Shown one piece after another: positions 63,837 to 64,000 of a DNA stretch of 64,000 nucleotides (position 1 is the first letter of the stretch; the number at the start of each line of letters is the position of its first letter). The notes beneath the pieces were generated by a model. That model was given only the letters and a program-made list of their open reading frames with translations, searched no databases and was not told the origin of the DNA. The position numbers and the translations under genes are program-made. The DNA comes from Myxococcota bacterium (GTDB taxonomy: Bacteria > Myxococcota_A > Polyangia > Polyangiales > Sandaracinaceae), in the NCBI GenBank assembly GCA_036149055.1, contig JAYZQJ010000069.1, positions 107,950 to 171,949 on the forward strand, written 5' to 3'.

Positions 63837-63956
63837 CGGTCAGAGAAGCCCAGCACGAACGCGAAGAGAGCGCACCCAGGTGAGGCCCCCCTCACGGCCG
63901 AAGGTTCCGCCGGACCCGCCCCGACGGCCCCGACCCGCCCCCCCCCGACGAGCGAC

Positions 63957-64000
63957 CCCCGGCGGCCAGCTCGCGCGAAGCGCGAGCGCGAGCCGCGGGG
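63957..64000. repeat. GC-rich palindrome with GCGAAGC core (REP-like; possibly cut by the window edge)
   Basis: GCTCGCGC-GAA-GCGCGAGC (63969-63987) nested in CCCCGGCGGC...GCCGCGGGG. Confidence 0.4.

Overview
Very GC-rich DNA with a myxobacterial signature (Pph1-like PP2C phosphatase, membrane Ser/Thr kinase, Cys-rich/MopE/IgGFc lipoproteins, GltG-like protein); taxonomy is inferred from gene content. About 52 real CDS lie among many GC-driven shadow ORFs. The first 18 kb hold a 5'-nucleotidase-like/tetraheme fusion, rlpA, an arsS radical-SAM operon, a kinase, a translationally coupled UDG/acidic-propeller/HEAT/SWIM-like operon, pph1 and surface lipoproteins (one with foreign codon usage). From 18.3 to 61.3 kb lies a ~43 kb Wzx/Wzy polysaccharide locus. 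Its precursor enzymes are Ugd, Uxs, Gmd/Fcl, NeuABC, PglF/PglE and WbpB/WbpO-like. Tailoring enzymes are AsnB, a sulfotransferase, a methyltransferase and LbH/GNAT/MBOAT acyltransferases (the MBOAT is frameshifted). Export genes are Wzc, a short Wza and a beta-barrel, followed by GltG-like and TolQ-like genes. The strongest leads are a GNAT/FemAB-like domain fused to the initiating phosphoglycosyl transferase, a KpsS-like candidate nonulosonate transferase, and the export module abutting Glt-like motor genes. No rRNA, tRNA, CRISPR array or transposase was recognised. All calls come from reading motifs by eye; no searches were run.
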